NCBI GenBank assembly: GCA_964016885.1 | Contig: OZ024741.1 | Span: forward strand, 392,274,001 to 392,338,000 | Direction: 5' to 3' | DNA: 64,000 nt | DNA from: Eledone cirrhosa | Taxonomy: Eukaryota | Shown here: piece by piece, positions 56,153 through 64,000 of the stretch | Position numbering within the stretch: the first letter of the stretch is position 1 | How the letters are laid out: each line of letters opens with the position of its first letter | Position numbers and translations under genes: made by a program | Notes under the pieces: generated by a model | What the model was told of the DNA's origin: nothing | Databases searched by the model: none | What the model saw: only the letters and a program-made list of their open reading frames with translations

Positions 56153-56800
56153 TGCCTGGGGTGTCAGGGAGGGGCATGTACCTCTGTAGGGAGGGCTAGC
56201 CATGCCCTTTTCAGGACAGCTCATCCTGCATTGGGTCCCACCTTGGCTGGCAGGCCGAACCAGGTTGAGGGTAGCCGGACGGGTCTGAAACCCCCCAGTG
56301 ATTAGATAGGGGATGCCTGCCCCTGCAAGCAAAGACTGGACCCAGCGGAGTGAGTGGAGGAGGACAACATCATCCTAACGGTCACAAAGGCGGCAACAGC
56401 AAGTGGTGTGGAGCCCTAGGGCAAGGCAAGGCACTACAGACGTCGTGGCCATCCACTGCAGCCAAGGAAGTCCCTGGTCGTGACAGTCCTCCGTACCACC
56501 GGATTCTGGCTTCTGCGGCTGAGTGAGTGGGACAGTCACTGTGCACTGGACCTTTCACTATAAACCTTTCCCACACAGGTTTCTTCTTTAACGTGCACTC
56601 CCAAAGCCCTGTGGCGATGGGCGAGAGGTGGAGGTAACTTCTGGGAGTTGCTAGTTTGACTCCGGTCTCTTCCCCTGCCCCCAATGTCCCCGGACCTGCA
56701 AGTCAAGGATCGGCCTCCACAGCCACCTTCATGCCCACGGCAGACGGGAACAACAATAAAGAAGATGTCATCATCGTTTACGATGAACAACCAAGATACA
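56153..56800 (+). mobile_element. Non-autonomous bipartite RTE derivative (GC-rich 5' UTR joined to a C-terminal zinc-finger 3' end)
   Basis: 3' part translates as FPCPQCPRTCKSRIGLHSHLHAH, the RTE C-terminal C2H2 motif; no RT or endonuclease in between. Confidence 0.7.
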
Positions 56801-56862
56801 TTTTATCGAGCCCTCTTTGGATTTTAGTCTTCACATTTATAATTATTACTATATATATATAT

Positions 56863-57045
56863 AGGTTTATCCTGGGTTCAATCGGGGGTAACCACAGTAA
56901 GTAAGGTACTCAATACAAAGCAGAGTATAAATATTTAATGTACAAAGGCTTCTACAGGACTAGAACTGTTTCATTCCAAAGAAATCATCGATTTCTCTGG
57001 AATGAAATAGTTCTAGTCCTGTAGAAGCCTTTCTACATTAAATAT
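56863..57045. mobile_element. Penelope-like terminal fragment with a 56-bp-arm fold-back
   Basis: Arms 56931-56986 and 56990-57045 with 3 mismatches; truncated hammerhead core on the minus strand. Confidence 0.6.
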
Positions 57046-57055
57046 ATATATATAT

Positions 57056-58825
57056 ATGGAGAATGTGGAGAACGAATGGGAGAGAGAGAAATTACCCTTG
57101 GTAGATCCGACAGAGGGACCAGCTATTGAGATTGACGAATATAGGGTCCAAGAGGCGATTAGGGAAATGAAAAATGGTAAGGCGGCCGGACCATCGGGAA
57201 TAGTTGCTGAGATGCTGAAGGCATCAGGGGATGTAGGCACTAAACTGGTTGCACGCATCATCAATCAGGCTATATATGGTGGTGTTATACCCAAAGACTG
57301 GTGCAGCAGTATTCTCATAAATTGCTACAAAGGTAAAGGGGATGCTTTGGAGAGGAGCAATTATAGGGGTATAAAACTGATAGATCAGGTTATGAAAGTG
57401 GCAGAAAGGATTTTAGCACAACTAATTAGAGAAAGGGTCAAACTAGATGAGATGCAGTTTGGTTTTGTGCCTGGGAAGAGTACAACAGATGCCCTCTTCT
57501 TGGTGAGACAAATGCAAGAGAGGTTCTTAGAGAAGAATAAGCCACTATACTTAGCCTTTGTTGACCTAGAGAAGGCCTTTGATAGGGTACCCCGATCTGT
57601 CATCTGGTGGTCCCTAAGGAAGCTAGGTGTTGAGGAATGGCTTGTGAGGACAGTGCAAACTTTGTACAGAGGTACTCTCAGTAAAGTCAGGGTAGGAATG
57701 GAGTTTAGTGAGGAATTCCAGATACAAGTAGGAGTATATCAGGGTTCGGTCCTCAGCCCGCTCTTGTTCATTATAGTCCTCCAAGCCATAACAGAGGAGT
57801 TTAAGACTGGCTGTCCATGGGAACTTCTCTATGCTGACGATCTGGTTCTTATAGCAGAATCAGTAGAGGAGCTAGAGAATAAATTCTGGCTATGGAAACA
57901 GCAGTTGGAAGCAAGAGGACTGAGAGTGAATCTAGCTAAGACAAAAGTGTTGATGAGTAGAAAAGAGGACAAAACCCTGATTCCGCCAGGGAAATGGCCA
58001 TGTTCGATATGCAGAAAAGGAACTGGCATAAATTCTATAAAATGCACACAATGCAGATCTTGGGTACACAAGAGATGTAGCGGGATAACAGGTAGGGAGA
58101 AATATGTATGCAGTAGATGTACAGGGAAATTAGACAGTAGAAGTCGCACTGATAGACACATTTTTCAAATGCAAGAGGGCGCTATAGAAGTGGTGGATAG
58201 CTTCCGGTACCTAGGAGATCAGATTAGCATGGGAGGAGGGTGTTCCGAGGCCATAGTATCTAGAATAAGGACGGGTAGGAAGAAGTTTAGGGAGCTGCTT
58301 CCTCTGTTGACGAAGAAGGGTTTCTCCCTGCGTACGAAAGGCCGGTTGTATGATGCCTGTGTGAGGAGCGCGATGCTGCATGGTAGTGAGACATGGGCAG
58401 CAACTGCAGAGGATATGCGACGGCTGGAGAGAAATGAGGCAAGCATACTCCGTTGGATGTGCAGTGTAAATGTGCGTGAACGACCCAGGATAAATGTGTT
58501 GAGAGAGAGACTGTGTCTGAGAGGGATAGAATGTAGTGTACGGGAGAGGAGACTGAGGTGGTATGGACATGTGATGCGCATGGAGGATGACCGATGGGTG
58601 AAGAAGTGCTAGGAAATGCCAGTTGAAGGAAGACGTGGTAGAGGTAGACCACGAAAAACATGGGTGGAGGTGGTGAGAACAGACCTCAGATCATTGAAGC
58701 TCACGGTGGAGATGATGAGGGACCGTGACGAGTGGAGAGATGCTGTGCTGAATAAGACCCGTCCCACCCTTGCAAGCAGGGAAAAGCGGACGTAAAATGA
58801 TGATGATGATGATGATGATGATGAT
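57056..58825 (+). mobile_element. Young 5'-truncated RTE LINE, 518-aa RT ORF, short 3' UTR, (GAT)n tail
   Basis: RT motifs incl. LYADD; TAG at 58610 where the next copy has CAG. Confidence 0.97.
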
Positions 58826-58914
58826 ATATATATGTATATGCTAGCGTGGATGATAGACGTTAAACAATGATGATGATAATATATATATGTATATATAGAT
58901 ATATAGATATATAT

Positions 58915-59269
58915 ATCTTGTTTTTGCGTGTGTTTTTTGTGGCAACACACACAAAAACAAGATGGCGTATGACAGAACAAAGGAGAGGCACAAAAACAAA
59001 GAAAAGAATCCCCAGTCACTGAAGAGATCACAGAATGTGTGACGAAAGAACTTTGACAATATATGAACAACCGTCCGGTTATGGAACCAACCAACCAACC
59101 GGAAATTTATAAATTCTTAAATTTATAAATTTAATTTATAATAAATTGGAGTGAAAGCAACTGGTGCGTGTATTTCTTATTGGCAACATGACCCTCCCAA
59201 AGCATAACAATATCGGTTTCAACACACGTTTTCAGATAAAGAATCTTGCTAAACAAATTCAGAAACGAA

Positions 59270-59270
<1 letters not shown>
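58915..59270 (+). mobile_element. Penelope-like pseudo-LTR fragment with a hammerhead
   Basis: 5' fold-back atcttgtttttgcgtgtgtt/aacacacacaaaaacaagat; hammerhead core; flanked by (TA)n. Confidence 0.65.
59015..59057 (+). ncRNA. Minimal type I hammerhead ribozyme candidate
   Basis: gtca-CTGAAGA-gatcacagaatgtgtgac-GAAA-gaac-TT-tgac; stem I gtca/tgac, CUU site. Confidence 0.6.
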
Positions 59271-59300
<30 letters not shown>

Positions 59301-59712
59301 CACATATATATATGTGTATATCATCATCATCATCATTTCATTTTACGTCTGCTTTTCCCTGCTTGCAAGGGTGGGACGGGAACTGATTCTCGCTTGATTT
59401 CTACAGCTGGCTGCCCTTCCTAACACCAACCTCATTTACAGTGAGTGCTGGGTGCTTTTTTTCCGTGGCGCCTCCACAACCACTTTGAAGTGGAATGATA
59501 GGGACCCCTGTCCCTATCATCTCATTTCTACAGCTGAGTGAACTGGAGCAATGTTAAATAAAGTGTCTTGCTCAAGGAAATAACACATCACCCAGTCTGA
59601 GAACTGAACACACAACCTTTTGATTGCAAGGCCAATGCTCTAACCACTAAGCCATGTGCCTCCTCTACATATACACATATACATATATACACATATGCAT
59701 ATATACATACAT

Positions 59713-61194
59713 ACAAAGGTAAAGGGGATGCTCTGGAGAGGAGCAATTATAGAGGCATAAAACTGATGAATCAGGTTATGAAAGTGGCAGAAAGGATATT
59801 AGCGCAACTAATTAGAGAAAGGGTCAAATTAGATGAGATGCAGTTTGGTTCTGTGCCTGGGAAGAGTACAACAGATGCCCTCTTCTTGGTGAGACAATTG
59901 CAAGAGAGGTTCTTAGAGAAAAATAAGCCACTATACTTAGCCTTTGTTGACCTAGAGAGGGCCTTTGATAGGGTACCCCGATCTGTCATCTGGTGGTCCC
60001 TAAGGAAACTAGGTGTTGAGGAATGGCTTGTGAGAACAGTGCAAACTTTGTACAGAAGTACTGTCAGTAAAGTCAGGGTAGGAATGGAGTTTAGTGAGGA
60101 ATTCCAGATACAAGTAGGAGTACATCATCGGTCCTCAGCCCACTCTTGTTCATTATAGTCCTCAAAGCCATAACAGAGGAGTTTAAGACTGGCTGTCCAT
60201 GGGAACTTCTCTATGCTGACGATCTGGTTCTTATAGCAGAATCAGTAGAGGAGCTAGAGAATAAATTCTGGCTATGGAAACAGCAGTTGGAAGCAAGAGG
60301 ACTGAGAGTGAACCTAGCTAAGACAAAATTGTTGATGAGTAGGAAAGAGGACAAAACTCTGATTCCGTCAGGGAAATGGCTGCCATGTTCGATATGCAGA
60401 AAAGGAACTGGCATAAATTCTATAAAATGCACACAATGCAGATCTTGGGTACACAAGAGATGTAGTGGGATAGCAGGCAAACTAATAGGTAGGGAGAAAT
60501 ACGTATGCAGTAGATGTTCAGGGAAATTAGACAGTAGAAGTCGCATTGATAGACACATTTTTCAAATGCAGGCGGGTGCTATAGAAGTGGTGGATAGCTT
60601 CCGGTACCTAGGAGATCAGATTAGCATGGGAGGGGGGGTGTTCCGAGGCCATAGTATCTAGAATAAGGACGGGTTGGAAGAAGTTTAGGGAGCTGCTTCC
60701 TCTGCTGACAAAGAAGGGTTTCTCCCTGCGTACGAAAGGCCGGTTATATGATGCCTGTGTGAGGAGCACGATGCTGCATGGTAGTGAGACATGGGCAGCA
60801 ACTGCAGAGGATATTCGATGGCTGGAGAGAAATGAGGGAAGCATGCTCCGTTGGATGTACAGTGTCAATGTGCGTGAACGACCCGGCATGAATGTGTTGA
60901 GAGAGAAACTGTGTCTGAGAGGGATAGAATGTAGTGTACGGGAGAGGAGACTGAGGTGGTATGGACATGTGATGCGCATGGAGGATGACTGATGGGTGAA
61001 GAAGTGCCAGGAAATGCCAGTTGAAGGAAGACGTGGTAGAGGTAGACCACAAAAAACATGGGCGGAGGTGGTGAGAACAGACTGCAGATCGCTGAAGCTC
61101 ACGGTGGAGATGACGAAAGACCGTGACAAGTGGAGAGATGCTGTGCTGAATAATACCCATCCCACCCTTGTAAGCAGGGAAGAGCAGACGTAAA

Positions 61195-61226
<32 letters not shown>
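59713..61226 (+). mobile_element. Second RTE copy, very similar to 57056-58825, frameshifted
   Basis: ORFs at 59766, 60146, 60759, 60996. Confidence 0.95.
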
Positions 61227-61228
61227 AC

Positions 61229-62076
61229 ATACAGGGAAATGGCCATGTTCGATATGTAGGAAAGGAACTGGCATAAATTCCATAAAATGTACGCAATGCA
61301 GATTTGCGTACACAAGAGATGTAGTTGGATAGCAGGCAAACTAACAGGTAGGGAAAACTTTGTATGCAGTAGATGTACAGGGAAAGTTGGCAGTAGTAAA
61401 TGCAATGATAGACACATTTTTCCAATGCATGTGGGTTCTATAGAAGTGGTTGATAGCTTCCGGTACCTAGGTGATCAGATTAGCATAGGAGGGGGTGGTT
61501 CCGAGGCCATAGTATCTAGAATAAGGATGGCTTGGAAGAAGTTTAAGGAACTGCTTCCTTTGTTGACAAAGAAGGGTTTCTCCTTGCATACGAAAGGATG
61601 GTTATATGATGCCTGTGTGAGATGCGCGATGCTGCATGGTAGTGAGACATGGGCAGCAACTGCAGAGGATATGTGACGGCTGGAGAGAAATGAAGCAAGT
61701 ATGCTCTGATGGATGTGCAATGTCAATGTGCATGAACGACCAAGCATGAACGAGTTGAGAAAGAAACTGGGTATAAGAGGGATAAGCTGTGGTTTGCAGG
61801 AGAGAAGGCTGAGATGGTATGGACATGTGATGCGCATGAGGATGACCACTGGGTAAAGAAGTGACAAGAAATCCCAGTTGAAGGAAGACGCAGTAGAAGT
61901 AGAGCATGTAAAACATGGGCGGAGGTGGTGAGAGCAGACCTCAGATCGCTGAAGCTCACCGAGGAGATGACAAAGGACCGTGACAAGTGGAAAGATGCTA
62001 TGCTGAATAGGACCCGTCCAACCCTTGCAAGCAGGAAAAAGCGGACGTAAAATGATGATGATGATGATGATGATGA
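61229..62076 (+). mobile_element. Third RTE copy, starting right after the (GAT)n tail of the second
   Basis: Begins at GKWPCSIC; same short 3' end. Confidence 0.92.
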
Positions 62077-62216
62077 TATATATATATATAATCTGAGTTT
62101 TTCGAATATTAATAATAACATTCGATTCGCTTGCCATTATGCAAACAAGCCTCATTTTTAAAGCCATGTCAGTAGAATGAACCTTTCAGTCTGGCTCTTG
62201 TGTTGGCATGTAAACA

Positions 62217-62266
62217 GAACTGCAGGCACTAATGTTTCTGGGTATCACCCTTCATCAGTACAGCTC
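62217..62266 (-). ncRNA. Mutated hammerhead (GCC instead of GUC, +3 nt in loop III)
   Basis: gagctgta-CTGATGA-agggtgataccca-GAAA-cattagt-GCC-tgcagttc. Confidence 0.65.
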
Positions 62267-62502
62267 ACTGTTCACCTGCCAACTGTCAGAGATAGTGAAA
62301 ATATATATATATTTCTAAAATATACAGTGACTGATTGGCCTGATTTGCATATTAGCAGACTGGCTTATCAGTCAGATCTACATATTAGCAGATCCACTGA
62401 TCAGCCAGATTTGCATATCAGCAGACTGGCCAGTCAGTTTCCTGTATATTTTAGAAAATAGCATACATTTTCACTAGCTCTGACAGTTGGCAGGTGAACA
62501 GT

Positions 62503-62549
62503 GAACTGTACTGATGAAGGGTGATACCCAGAAACAGTGTCTGCAGTTC
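62503..62549 (+). ncRNA. Minimal type I hammerhead ribozyme candidate
   Basis: gaactgta-CTGATGA-agggtgataccca-GAAA-cagt-GTC-tgcagttc; 8-bp stem I, GUC site with cleavage after 62541. Confidence 0.75.
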
Positions 62550-62898
62550 TGTTTACATGCCAAGACAAGAGAAAGAATGAATGGTTCATTCTACTGATAT
62601 GGCTTTAAAAATGAGGCTTGTTTGCATAATTGCAAACAGATCAAATGTTATTATTAATATTTGAAAAACTTAGATTACATTTATTGTATTCAGCCTTGTA
62701 GAGCGAAATTTTTTTAATATATATAGTAAAGTTTCAGAAGATCCTGTTAAGGGTGAAAGTAGTGATTCTTTGCTTAAACTTTAATTTGTTATTTTAATAA
62801 ATAAATAAATATATATATATACACCCACATATTTATTCAATCTAAATTATTTCTTTATTTAAATATATATATATATATATTGACTGGGTTAAAGTATC

Positions 62899-62963
<65 letters not shown>

Positions 62964-63169
62964 CATTTATTTTGTTTGACCTGTTTAGCTTGATTTGTTT
63001 TTTGGCTTAGGTGGTTAATGCCTTCTTGACCACTTTTTCAGTTTGTATGGCGTTTTAACATATTGTTTAGCTCTAGTTTTTTAACTATTGGAGCGCTTGC
63101 CAGCATTTTTATGATTTTGCATTTCGTTTCGCTTTTCTACCATCCGAAATACGATTCTCGTTGAATTTA

Positions 63170-63224
<55 letters not shown>

Positions 63225-63256
63225 TATCATATATATATTGACTAGGTTAAAGTATC

Positions 63257-63317
<61 letters not shown>

Positions 63318-63516
63318 TAAACGGAATAGAAAATGCTGACAAATTGTTCACAGTTGAAAAATGGTTTAATTAGGAATAAAAGAGTATTAGTGATTGTATG
63401 GGTTAGTATTCAGTTGTAGTTTTAAGTTTTTAAGTTTTTACCGGTTGCGCATTTCTAAATGCTTTTCAAAAATAATTTTGAGATAGAGTGTCCGTGTTGT
63501 TTGCTCTGATCAGAGC

Positions 63517-64000
63517 AAATACCATCAAATCTTAAATAGATCAACAGTTAAATTCTCCTACTCAACAACCAAAAACATAAAACAAAATATAAGTGCCTAT
63601 AATGCATATAAATGTAAAAAAACCATGAGTATACCACCAGTACATCAAACTAACCATAATATCTCCTCAGATACAGGATTCACGAAAAGTTGTAACTGTA
63701 GAAACAAGGCAAACTGTCCATTAAAAGGAAATTGCCTTGTTAATAACATAGTATATAAATGTAAAGTTAACACTAAGGACTCAATTTATTCATATATAGG
63801 AGCTACCTCTAACAAATTTAAGGTAAGATTTAATACCCACAAACATAGTTTTAAAAATGCCGCACTAGCTAATACAACATCTCTAGCTGAAATAATTAAT
63901 AGTTATAGAAAGAGGAATATAGATTATGACCTGACCCAAAATAGTAGATATGAATGTAGATTATGTTCCCAAGAACTTTTTGAAATAATGAAATCTAAGG
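63517..64000 (+). mobile_element. Penelope-like element (Neptune-type) GIY-YIG endonuclease fragment
   Basis: Open frame ILNRSTVKFSYS...CNCRNKANCPLKGNCLVNNIVYKC...YIGATSNKFKVRFNTHKHSF...CRLC. Confidence 0.9.

Larger units (their letters stand above)
62089..62677. mobile_element. Long inverted-repeat element with one hammerhead per arm
   Basis: Arms ~62089-62340 and ~62428-62677 are reverse complements; spacer of three ~32-bp direct repeats. Confidence 0.85.

Noticed and set aside
54600-64000. Next upstream RyR exon (expected ...FDMFLKL...)
   Set aside because: Not found by eye; presumed to lie beyond the window

Overview
AT-rich, repeat-dense animal DNA. The repeat content (RTE LINEs with (GAT)n tails, several tRNA-derived SINE families, Penelope-like elements, long (TA)n tracts) suggests an octopus/coleoid cephalopod, which is an inference. 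The window holds the 3' part of a ryanodine receptor (RyR) gene on the minus strand. I reconstructed 22 GT-AG exons by hand; they join in frame into about 904 aa, running from the EF-hand pair through divergent region 1, S1-S6 and the GGGIGD filter to the C2H2 C-terminal domain and a TGA at 1703-1705. The 5' part of the gene lies beyond 64000. Most notable: (1) two paralogous 80-nt exons both encode EF-hand 1 and can only be used mutually exclusively; (2) candidate 6-nt and 28-nt micro-exons; (3) a ~590-bp fold-back element with one hammerhead ribozyme per arm, where the copy on the RyR-sense strand is mutated, plus other Penelope-type hammerheads; (4) a 21x45-bp array built from a SINE's Pol III A-box head; (5) RTE LINEs with a PHD-like finger inside the RT. 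Most ORFs in the track are microsatellite or antisense-LINE artefacts. Coordinates were counted by hand and repeat boundaries are approximate.
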